Shown: in pieces, positions 1-21,070 of the stretch
Numbering within the stretch: the first letter of the stretch is position 1
How the letters are laid out: every line of letters starts with the position of its first letter
Assembly: GCF_009914755.1 (NCBI RefSeq)
Contig: NC_060942.1
Source of the DNA: the human T2T-CHM13v2.0 reference genome, Homo sapiens
Length of the DNA stretch: 64,000 bases
Strand: one strand, 5' to 3'
Notes under the pieces: model-generated
What the model saw: the letters and a program-made list of their open reading frames with translations, nothing else
Databases searched by the model: none
What the model was told of the DNA's origin: nothing
Position numbers and translations under genes: made by a program

Positions 1-548
1 CCTACAAAGAGGTTTCAACTACCTCATTACCCCAAGGTTAAATAATTTGCTAGAATGACTCACAGAACTCAGGAAAAGCTGTGCTTACTCTTACCGTTTA
101 TTATAGAGTACAAATGAACAACCAGATGAAGAAGTACCCAGGACAAGGTAAGTCCCGAGTGCAGAAGCCACTGTCTCAGTCAAGATGGGGTGCACCACCC
201 TCTGGGATGAGGATGTGTTTGCCAACTTGGAAGCTCCCTGAACCCCATCATTTAGGGGCTTCTATGGAGGCTTCAGTCCATAGGTTTGACTGTGGCCACT
301 GGTGATCAGCTCAATCTCCAGCCACTCTCCCTTCCCTGGAGGTTGGGGGAGGGGGTGCAGGAAATGCTGATCTTCTAATCAAGCTTGGTCTTTCTGGCAG
401 CCAGCTCCCACCCTGAAGCTAAGTACAAGAGTTGCCTCACTAAAACAAAAGAGGCTCTTAACACTCTATTGCTCAAAATTCCAAGGGTTTAGAGCTTTGT
501 GCCAGAAACCAGGGACAACGACCAAATATCTTTCTTGTTATTCCACAG
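1..548. mobile_element. ERVL LTR fragment (MER77/MER21-like)
   Basis: ataatttgctagaatgactcacagaactcagg...gatcagctcaatctccagcc resembles the MER21/MER77 consensus. Confidence 0.6.
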
Positions 549-559
549 CAATATCAGTT

Positions 560-661
560 CCATCTACAACCCTGATTCCCCTTTGCCATGAAAGGTAACA
601 CATTGGCAGGGCCTGGGGAGTTGGACATGACTATCTGAGGGGCACTATTCTGCCTGCCCCA
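560..661. mobile_element. MLT1 (MaLR) LTR terminus
   Basis: aaggtaacacattggcaggg...ggacatgactatctgaggggcactattctgcctgcccca is a typical MLT1 end. Confidence 0.55.
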
Positions 662-711
662 GCATCTAACATTAAAGATAGCAGCTCAGGAAGCTTGGCA
701 GGGTGGCATTA

Positions 712-2812
<2,101 letters not shown>

Positions 2813-3124
2813 CTGATAAAGGAGTCTGATTCTAGATACCCACACTTCCCCTGCTACCAAACTGCCCTCTGGTTACGATGGGGAAATTCTGAAGCACCTC
2901 ATTTCTACTCCTGTCCTCCTCCCCCTTCCCCCTCTCACCTTGTACCACTCCTGACACTGACAGCTATTTGGGATGTGGGAGAGGGGCACAGATGGAGACA
3001 TCCTCCCCCAAGCTGCATTCAGTCCTGTGATTTAAATGACCAGCCTATCAGTGATTGGTGGATGGAATTTATAAGCCATGAGCATAAAGTCACTGCACGC
3101 TCAGGTGATTTGTAAACAGTCTCT

Positions 3125-4360
<1,236 letters not shown>

Positions 4361-4821
4361 TATGTAGGTTTCTTCAATGTAGAAAAACTGCACAATGATA
4401 ATGTCGTTTCACAATCGGTCAGTAAACGCTGAAATCCCTCTAAGTGTCAAATGTGCCTATGCATCTTTGTTACAGATACCCAGTCATTCATTCCAAATAC
4501 AAAAATTTTGACAGCGTGAGGAAATATGGTTCAGAAGGAAAAAAAGTTTGATCATGTAACTATGATATGATTTACTATTTCCTCAAATCTAAGACATCAT
4601 GAACTGTAAGATGAACCACTATTTAAGGCACATTAAGAAAGAAAAAAAAGGATGCACATCGCCTAGGGTCAGACTCACTGCAATGCATGTCTTAGATGAA
4701 ATAACCCAGCTTTAAATAAAGAAGGGCGGCCAGGCGTGGTGGCTCATGCCTGTAATCCCAGCACTTTGGGAGGCCGAGGTGGGTGGATCACGAGGTCAGG
4801 AGTTAGAGACCAGCCTGGCTA

Positions 4822-5061
<240 letters not shown>

Positions 5062-5104
5062 TCACAGATGCGTTGATATGTGAATTATTGGCACATGTAT
5101 TAGC

Positions 5105-5620
5105 AAACCTCTGTTATCTCACAGCTTCTGAGTGTTTGGAATTCAGAAGTGGCTTAGCTGGGGCACCTGGTGCAGGTCTTTCCTGAGGTCGCAGCTAAGC
5201 TGTCAGCCAGGCTGCAGCCACCTGGGCCTGGAGGCCCTGCCGCCACGCTCATCCACATGGTTGTCGGGAGGCCACGCCGCCGTGCTCAGCCTCATGGTTG
5301 TCTGGAGGCCCTGCCGCCGTGCTCATCCGCATGGTTGTTGGGATGTCGCAGTTCCCCCCAGCTGCTGGCTGGGTACCTTGCTGCTCCGGAACGGACTTCT
5401 TGCCAAGTGGGCCTCTCCATTGGCAGCATGAACGTCTCCCCAAGCTGGCAGAAGCCACAGGCTTTTATAGCCCCATCTCAGAAGTGACACACATTACTTC
5501 TACAATATTCTACTGGCCACACAGACCAACTCTGATAAAGTATGGGAGGGAGCTACACAGGGCATGAATATCAGGAGGCTGGGATCATCGGTTATGCTAT
5601 GGAGAGGCTGGTTACTGCAA
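5105..5620. mobile_element. MLT1F/G-like MaLR LTR
   Basis: ttatctcacagcttctgagtg...tggcttagctggg...gaagtgacacacattacttctacaatattctactggccacacagacc. Confidence 0.65.
5228..5338 (+). repeat. Tandem repeat, 3 x 37 bp
   Basis: Units CTGGAGGCCCTGCCGCCACGCTCATCCACATGGTTGT and variants start at 5228, 5265 and 5302. Confidence 0.9.
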
Positions 5621-5774
5621 TACATATTACAAGAGGGGAAGGGAACCTGAAGCTAATTTGTTTTTTGTTTGTTTGTTTGTTTGTTTTGAGACAGTGTCTT
5701 CCTCTGGCACTTGGGCTGGAAGGCAGTGGCACGATCATAGCTCACTGCAGCCTCAACCTCCTGGGCTCAAGTGA

Positions 5775-5987
<213 letters not shown>

Positions 5988-6080
5988 TAACATTTATTGA
6001 GCACTTACTAAAGCTTAGAAGGGTTAAGTAAACTATCCAAGGTCACAACAGCTAGTAAGGGTGAGAACTGGTACTTGTGA

Positions 6081-6285
<205 letters not shown>

Positions 6286-6520
6286 TAGCTAGAAATACAG
6301 ATATGTGCCACCATGCCTGGCTACTTTTTTTGTATTTTTAGTAGAGACAGGGTTTCGCCATGTTGGCCAGGCTGGTCTTGAACTCCTGACCTCAGGTGAT
6401 CCACCCGGCTTGCCCTCCCACAGTGTTGCAATTACAGGCATAAGCCACCACGCCTGGCCAACCACTCAAATTTCAGAAGAAAAATTTGAAAACCTCCAAG
6501 ATTCTTTATATTTCTCTACA

Positions 6521-6522
<2 letters not shown>

Positions 6523-6562
<40 letters not shown>
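6523..6562. repeat. (GT)n microsatellite
   Basis: Seen directly. Confidence 0.95.
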
Positions 6563-6563
<1 letters not shown>

Positions 6564-6818
6564 CAGGGTCTCACTCCATCACTCAGGCTGGAGTGCAGTG
6601 GCATGATCTCAGCTCACTGTAGCCTCAACCTCTCAGGCTCAAGCAATCCCCCCCCACCTCAGCATCCTGAGTAGCCGGGACTACAGGTGCACACCATCAT
6701 GCCTGGCTAATTTTTTTGTGTCCCCTGTAGACACAGGGTTTCACCATGTTGCCCCAGCTGGTCTCAAACTCCTGGGTTCAAGCCATCCACCCACCTCAGC
6801 CTCCCAAAGTGCTGGTGA

Positions 6819-7022
<204 letters not shown>

Positions 7023-7554
7023 TAGTAGAGACGGGGTTTCACCGTGTTAGCCAGGATGGTCTTGATCTCCTGATCTCGTGATCCGCCTGCCTCTGTCTCC
7101 CAAAGTGCGGGGATTACAGGCGTGAGCCACCACTCCCGGCCAGCCTGTTTCTTTACTATTGCCATCACCACTAATTCAGAGAAAGTACTCTCTTGTGTTT
7201 TAATGCCTTTAAAGTTTTAGTTTATTTAATTTGTTGTAGTAATTATGTATAATTATAAAAATATCTAGTGTAATGGACTGACTGTACCTTAGCAAAATAA
7301 ATGCAAAAAATATGAGCATAGCTGGCTGCCAAAACACTTGCTCAAACAATAGTAGGTATCATTTTGAAAAATAGACAGAAGGGGCCGGGCGCGGTGGCTC
7401 ATGCCTGCAATCCCAGCACTTTGGGAGGCCGAGGCGGGTGGATCTCCTAAGGTCAGGAGTTCGAAACCAGCCTGGCCAACATGGTGAAACCCTGTCTGTA
7501 CTAAAAATACCAAAAATTAGCCGGGCGTGGTGGCAGTGCCTGTAATCTCGGCTA

Positions 7555-7834
<280 letters not shown>

Positions 7835-7941
7835 TCAGGAGATTGAGACCATCCTGGCTAACACGGTGAAACCCCATCTCTACTAAAAATACAAAAAATT
7901 AGCCGGGTGTGGTGGCAGGTGCCTGTAGCCCCAGCTACTCA

Positions 7942-8037
<96 letters not shown>

Positions 8038-8049
8038 CTACGTCTCAAA

Positions 8050-8080
<31 letters not shown>

Positions 8081-8513
8081 AAATTAAATAAAATAAAAAA
8101 GGAAAAGAAAAATAGAAGAATAAAGTAAGGACCTTCAAGAAAAACTGGAACAATTTCCTCTGAAGAGCGAATAGTCTCAGTTGATAGTATTTAAAATTAT
8201 TTTTATAACTTTACAAAATAAATATAAGACAAAAAGATTGCTTTTGATTTTAGCACAGAGATGCTCCAATATTATCTCTAAAAACTGTCAAGAGTAGAGG
8301 TGTAATCACATTCCGTCTATGTAGCAACAACTGAAAGTGCTAAAACTTCCCAACTCCGTGAGCAGGAAGTAAGCACAGAGAGTCCTGACTCCTCTGTGAT
8401 CCAAGTGCTGATCACTTCCCAGACATCATTTGAACTCACTCTACAAAGAAGCAGGTCTGTAGTTTATGAAAGTAGTTCACTAGGCTGGGCGCAGTGGCTC
8501 ATGCCGGTAATCA

Positions 8514-8815
<302 letters not shown>

Positions 8816-8990
8816 CTAGTTTCCAGTTCATGTTACACAAAGCAATTTTCTTAAATTCCTGAACTGGAGCCATAACTGTGGAAACACTGCAGTCACATCC
8901 CAAGGAAAATCAAAGATGTAAAGTTACTAACTGTTGGAACAAACTGGCTCCAGCTGTAACCAAGCAAAGAAAGTAATGTGCCCTGAATCA

Positions 8991-9403
<413 letters not shown>

Positions 9404-9937
9404 TCAGCAGAAAGCAACCAGATGGTTGTCAAGAAAATAATTGATCCTGAAGACAAATCCTAGACCAAGTGTGCACACTCTAAGCCCAGGTCCTGATTCT
9501 ACCCTTTCCAGCTCTCCAGAGAGCAGAGGCCCCAACAGTCTGGCCAGTTCTGAGCCCGGCACCCAAGCACCCTAAGACCTCTGAGCTATCTGGCCAACCT
9601 CCCTCCCCCAGGGCATGTCACTGTCTTCTGCCACAATTTTGGAGCTTGCAAAGCTTGCTAACAGAATATACACAGAGGTATTTCACTCATGGGTCTTGTT
9701 CTAGATGCCTGGGAGATCATAGTGTAACCTGGAGACAAGATTCCCAGTAGATGTTTTTTGATAATTAGAAAACAGAGAAAGTCAGGCTCAGTGGCAGATG
9801 TCTGTAGTCCCAGCTGCTCAGGAGGCTGAAGTAGGAGGATCATTGGAGGCCAGGAGTTCAAGGCTGCAGTGAGCTATGATTGCACCTGTGACTAGCCACT
9901 ACACTCAAGCCTGGGCAACAGAGCACATTCCCATCCC

Positions 9938-10090
9938 TAAAAAAAAAAGAAAAAAAAGAAAAAAAAAAGAAAAGGGAGAGGAAGAGGAGAAGAAGAAGGA
10001 GGGGGAAAGAGGAGAAGAAGAGGAGGGAGAATGGAAAGAGCAAAACAAAGAAAGAAGAAGAAGAAACAAAAGGGGAAGAAGGAAAGAAGT
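9938..10090. repeat. GA-rich low-complexity purine tract
   Basis: Seen directly. Confidence 0.85.
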
Positions 10091-10248
10091 CAGTGACATC
10101 AGTTTGAGGGAAAAGCGCACACACGCACACGCACACACACACACGCACACCACTGTGATTGCCCTAAAGAAATTAGCTACTTTTTGGCCAGGCGAGGTGG
10201 CTCACACCTGTAATCCCAGCACTTTGGGAGGCCGAGGCGGGTGGATCA

Positions 10249-10507
<259 letters not shown>

Positions 10508-10765
10508 TCAACTCTATTATTTAAACCCTCCTTAGGGCATCCTTTGGAGTGACAGCAGACAGTGACTGGGATAACTCTGCATATTTTGGCTTAAAATTAT
10601 TTTTATCTACTGAAAGGAAAACTAAATTATACTCTGAAACATAATCTAATGACGGAGGGTCTCAGAGCAAATAGCTGTTAGTCGGAGATATTGAAAGTGA
10701 TCAGGTTGTGAACTCACTTGAATCGAGCCTATTACCTCATGAAATTATAAAATGATTAGCAATGT

Positions 10766-10784
10766 CCCCAGCAGATGGCGCAAG
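10766..10784 (+). promoter_or_regulatory. CTCF consensus motif
   Basis: CCAGCAGATGGCGC matches CCASYAGRKGGCRS. Confidence 0.6.
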
Positions 10785-11589
10785 TGGCCCCTCTGCTGTG
10801 ATGGGAAGCCAATCTGTTTCCTCTTCATATGACAATTGAACAGTAGATCCTAACCAGGTAAGGTGTTTAGTTAGGAAAGAAATCATTCATGGGATTCCAA
10901 GAGAGGCTAACTAGGAAAGACAAAATCTGGAGGCTTTTTAATTTACTTCTCATGTTAAACAGTCTAGGAGCATGTATTGACCTCACCAGTAATATGGTTC
11001 CATTCACAATATTTTTAGCTCTGAAAAAGAAAATTCTCTCATGACAGAGTTTTAGATTAAGTCCCAAAGGATGACAAAGTACCAACAATTAGAATATCTG
11101 AAATGTTTTGATGAGCTGGTGGAATTAGTGAAGGGCTCATAATGAGAAGCTCAGAGCTGTCTCCTAACAAATTACAGGTAAACGGTTTCTGAAGGAAACT
11201 GCAGGGAAGGGGATAATGATTAAAGATTATTGGAGTCAGCCAATGTTTCTGCTGCTTTGCTAGTTACTTGCAAACAAATATGATGTTCTTGCTCACATTT
11301 TGAAGCTCTCGGCTACGCATTTTTTACGAACAAGCAAACATTTGCATTTCTAGGCCAGAGGCAGCCCACGCTGGGAAGGCAGGGGACGGAATGTGTTATC
11401 CATCGAATAGTCTTCGAAAGTGCAAAAGAACTTTATTAATTAAAGCATGTTAAATATCTGCCTTTATAACTTCCAAAGAAACAAGAATTGAGAATGTTCA
11501 GGTCAATGAATAATTTTGTGCAATAGCTGTCCTGCCAATACCTACTGCCTTCCATCCCAAACACCCATCAATGTTTTAACCCTCTGTAG

Positions 11590-12538
<949 letters not shown>

Positions 12539-12632
12539 AAAACTTTACTTTTTAAATATATTTAAAAATATAAATTAATATATGTTAATTGCAAGGAATT
12601 TGAAAACACTGAAAAGTATAAAGAGAAAAATT

Positions 12633-14018
<1,386 letters not shown>

Positions 14019-14379
14019 AGATTACCCATGAATGAGTAGATATGGGCAACACATACTTCATTATTATTATTATTATTATTATTATATATTTTTTGGAGAC
14101 AGGGTCTCACTCTGTTGCCCAGGCTGGAGTGTAGTAGTGTGACCATGGCTCACTTCATCCTTGACCTACCAGGCTCAAGCAATCCTCCCCAGTCAGCCTC
14201 CCCAGGAGCTGGGACTACAGGCACATGCCATTACACCCAGCTAAATATACATTTAAAAAAATTTTTTTGTTGGGACAGGGTCTCACCATCTTGCCCAGAC
14301 TGGTCTTGAACCCCTGGGCTCAAGCAATCCTCCTGCCTTGGCCTTCCGAAGTGCTGGGATTACAGTCATGTAACCCCAC

Positions 14380-15253
<874 letters not shown>

Positions 15254-15663
15254 CCACCATGCTTAGCCTGGGCAACACATACTTCTGACAAAGAGCTTGT
15301 GCCCAGAATATAGAAAGAACTCATACACATCAATTTTCTTAAAAGACTAAACAGAAAAATTGGTGAGAGATTTGAACAGACACTTAACCAAAGAGAATAT
15401 ATGCATGGACAATCTCTATTTCATTAGTAACCAATATTTTTTTTTTTTTTTTTGAGACGGAGTTTTGCTGTTGTTGCCCAGGCTCGAGTGCAATGGCGTG
15501 GTTGGGCTCGCTGCAACCTCCACCTCCTGGGTTCAAGCGATGCTTCTGCCTCAGCCTCCTAAATAGCTAGGATTACAGGTACCCACCACCACACCCTGCT
15601 AAATTTTTTTATGACTCATGCATGAGTCACTGCACCTGGCCATTAGTAACCAATTATAAACTA

Positions 15664-15948
<285 letters not shown>

Positions 15949-15969
15949 TCAAATTAAAAAAATAAACTA

Positions 15970-16116
<147 letters not shown>

Positions 16117-16140
16117 TTAATTAAATAAAACCATAATGAG

Positions 16141-17266
16141 TGTGATGGCTTTAAAATATGCCCACAGATTCTTTGATACTTCTCCCACCAAGAGATGTAG
16201 CCCAATTCCCCTCCCCTTGAGAGTGGCTAACCTTAGACGCTCTTCTAACAGTTAGAATAAAGCAAACAGACACTGTCAGCCTTCAGTGATCTGGTTGAAC
16301 AGACCTATGGAGAGGCCATGTGGCAAGGAACAGGGGCCCCCTGGCAAGTGCTGCATGAGGGAGCCCCTCAGCCCTGGACAAGTCTTCAGCCCCAGACAAC
16401 ATGCTGAAAAGGGAGAGTTCCCGGACACCCTCACAGGATGTGTGACAGGGGCGTGGCTCATCTGTTCGGCCACTGTGTGCACTCAAACCCCTTATGGGGT
16501 GGGGAGCACGCAGATGAGCAAGTACAGGAGATGGGGCAAGTGGCCCTGGGCTCCAGCCCCACGGCAGTGTCCAGGGGTGGGTGTCTGAGATTCCCAAAGC
16601 ACACATGTGTTACAGTGTGCTCTTTCAGCTTTGCTGTCCGCAGTCAACTTAACTGTTAACCAGCTCAGTGCCCTCTTAGTACCCAGATCCTTGTCTGGTG
16701 TCCAGAAAGAATTAGGTGGCACACAGACTTGAAGGATAAATGTGGGGGTTTTATCTCTCAGTGGGATGGATGGGGAGCTGGAAGGGAGATGGAGTGGGAA
16801 GATGATCTTCCCCTGGAGTTTGGCCATCTAGTGGCCCACCTCCTCTCTGACTGTCCCCAACCGAACTCCTCTTGGCGTTCAGATGCTACTTCTCTTCTCT
16901 TTGCTGTGCTGTTCTGCCATTCTTCTTCACTTCTGTTTATCTCCTTGTAAAGCCCTGGGTTTGGGGTTTATATAGATATAGGATGGGCAGCATGGTGGGC
17001 CAAAAGACAACTTGTGGGCATGAAAACAGGAGTGCCCGTTCTCATTTAGGGCTGCGGGTTTCCAGGCTCAAGGGTGGGGCTTTTGCCAGGAAACTGCTCT
17101 CTTCTACCCAGTATTTCCATCTGCTGTCCATATCAATGCTGACGGCAACCTCATGAAAGACTCTGAGCAGAACCACCCTGCTAAGTCACTCCCAAAGAGA
17201 CTGAGGTAACAAGTTTTTAAGCCAAAAAATGTTGGGATAATTTATTATGCAGAAATAGATAACTTA
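16141..17266 (+). mobile_element. MLT1E/F-like LTR split by MER50
   Basis: cccacagattctttgatacttctccc...ggagaggccatgtggcaaggaac ... tttttaagcc...gggataatttattatgcagaaatagataac. Confidence 0.65.
16405..17135 (-). mobile_element. MER50 solo LTR
   Basis: Minus strand starts TGATATGGACAGCAG..GGAAATACTGGGTAGAAGAG; TSD ATGC on both sides. Confidence 0.75.
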
Positions 17267-17661
17267 TAAAATGAGACACACCCACACGTGCACCAGAATA
17301 GCTAAAATTTATAGTCTGACATGTCAGGAACTGGTTAGGCTGTGGAGAATGGGCACTCTCATTACACTGCTGGTGAATGTGTAATTGGTATAGCCATTCT
17401 GGAAAGCCATGTGGCATGATCTGCTAAAGGACGGTACACATACCCTATGCTACAAGAATTCCATTTTAGGATACACCTACAGAAATACATACAATATGCA
17501 TTGTATACAAAGCTCATGTGCAAGAATACTCACAGCAGCGTTGTATATAATAGCCCAAACCTGAAACTAACCTGTCTACCAAGAGTAGGTGAATAAATGG
17601 TGGTGTGTTCACACAGTACAGTGCTACACAGCTGTGAACATTCATGAACTATAGCTACCCG

Positions 17662-18182
17662 TGACAGAGACAGGAAGCAGCCAAATGCCTAGGTAGATAG
17701 GGGCAAGTCCCTGGTGAAACCTCACCTCCAAGCCGAAGGCAGTTTAAAGCCCGAAAGCCAAGCTGCAAGTTAAATGCTCAGGCCAGAAGGACAGCCTGCC
17801 TTCCCATTTGGCGCACTTTCCTCTGATTGATCTCCATCCTTCACCTATTTTACATATACCTACCCTTTCCTAATTGGCTTTCTACACTGTCATGCCCACC
17901 TTTGAGTGGTGTCTTTGCTTTGACCCATTTTGCATACTCACAAACCAATTATCACACACTCCTTATTCTGAGCCCACAAAAAGCCCCGGGCTTAGCCATA
18001 TTGAGAACTTTCCTGCCTTGAGGTAGGGGGACCACCCCCATGTCCCTTCCCCGCTAAAAGCTGTTTAATCACTCAATAAAACTTTCCACCTTACTCTTTC
18101 AGTGTCCACATGCGTACTTCTTTCTGGTCATGAGACAAGAACCCAGACCTATCTGAGCTAAGGGGCAAAAAATCCTGCATCA
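17662..18182 (+). mobile_element. MER61-like ERV1 solo LTR
   Basis: TGACAGAGACAGGAAGCAGCCAAATGCCTAGG...AATAAA...AAAAAATCCTGCATCA; TSD cccg/cctg. Confidence 0.7.
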
Positions 18183-18337
18183 CCTGTAACAATTTGATTG
18201 AGTCTCACCAACAAAATGATGATGATGTTAGCCAAACACAAAAGAATTAATACTAAGTGATTCTCTTATCAGGGTCCAATAAAGAGAGAGAAGCTACACC
18301 AGTTATTCCAAAAGAGTGAGTAATATAAAGAATTACT

Positions 18338-19780
<1,443 letters not shown>

Positions 19781-19979
19781 TATACATTTTTTTTACATAA
19801 GAAAACTTGAGAGAGATCATACTTTTGGGTTTCTTTATTAAAAGAAAGAAGACCAAAAGGTGACCCAAGTAAAAGTGTACACCCCTTAAGGGAAAAAAAA
19901 ATTATTTTCATTTAAAATCGTTTTCTTTATCTTTAAAGTGAAAGTGCCATATCTGGCTTCCTAAGGAGGAACCACAAAC

Positions 19980-20900
19980 CGCGTAGACTCAGGCCAGCCG
20001 CTGGGCCTGGGCCTGTGTGTCCCTCAGGCGGCGACCTTTGGCCCACTTCAGGCCGGCCGTATTTACCAGCTTAGAGGCGCCGCGGCGTTGGCGAGTCCTT
20101 TTTCACCCACCCCTTCCCTCCGTTCTCAGGCTTGAACTTGAACAGGCACTCATGACTCAGCAAACGGTACTTGATAGGGTTCTTTACACGTCAGTCAGGC
20201 TATTTTTTAAAATCACTCTTCCTGGAGATCTTCAAACCAGAAGCACCGCGGGCCCTCCCCAACGGGCTTCTGCTTACCTCCACTACGTGATGCAGTATGG
20301 CCCCCGGGAGGCCGCCCCCAGATTCTAGAGGGGCTTACCCCAGACACACCCGAAGGACCACCTCGTGACCTCAGAGGAACAGCCCTAGACCCAGGAGAGA
20401 CTGCCAGACACCCCCGTGGCAGCCCGCCAGGGCCCAGCTCTACTTGTCGCCTGGAGGTGCTGCCTCCCTTCCACGCCGCCCCAGGGAATGGCCGCCCCTC
20501 TGGGGCTCCTCCCAATCCCCCTTCCCAGGACTGACAATGGCCCGGCGCCCTGCTTTGGGCCAGGATCGGCCTCGAGCCTTCCTCACTAGCGGCCAAGAGC
20601 CGGAAACCTTGCGTCTCAGATTCCCCGGGTCTGTGCACCCCCACCCCAACCGGTCTTCCCACCCAGGCCCCCCCTGATGCCAGCTGCGGGCCTGGACCTA
20701 GCCCGGGGCCCTGCCCCTCCGCCCCTCTCGCTGGACAGCCCAGGCCGGCGCCCGAGGGATAGGCTCGGGAGCGCGGGGAAGACGCTGCAGCCGGAGCTGG
20801 AGCCAGGGCCCACCTGTCCAGCGCCGTCCTGAGCTCACACAAAGACCCTTCCAGCCTCACCGAGGCCGCGAGCCCAAGCCAAGATCTTACAGATGTCAGG
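19980..20900. promoter_or_regulatory. Orphan CpG-rich promoter/enhancer-like region
   Basis: Non-repetitive, GC- and CpG-rich; AP-1 TGACTCA at 20153, CRE-like ACGTCA at 20188, TACGTG at 20284, ETS-like CCGGAA and CAGGAAGT, GC boxes. Confidence 0.7.
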
Positions 20901-21070
20901 AAGTCTGGTTTAAAACCCATTGGTTAAGAAACTAATGACAATTTTTTTTTCTTAATAGGAAATCTGGGTGACTAGAAAATAGAGGGAAGGGAGACATTTT
21001 CATAACACCCTGTCACCTTTGCATTTCATGCACATGCAGAGTTGCATTCATATTATTAAAATATCTTTTT

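Noticed and set aside
4365-4417. Possible extra exon of chain A (GFFNVEKLHNDNVVSQS)
   Set aside because: It would need a 58-nt intron, and its 5' side is obscured by MER21.
20213-20920. 235-aa minus-strand ORF in the orphan CpG island
   Set aside because: GC-driven low-complexity peptide with no recognisable domain.
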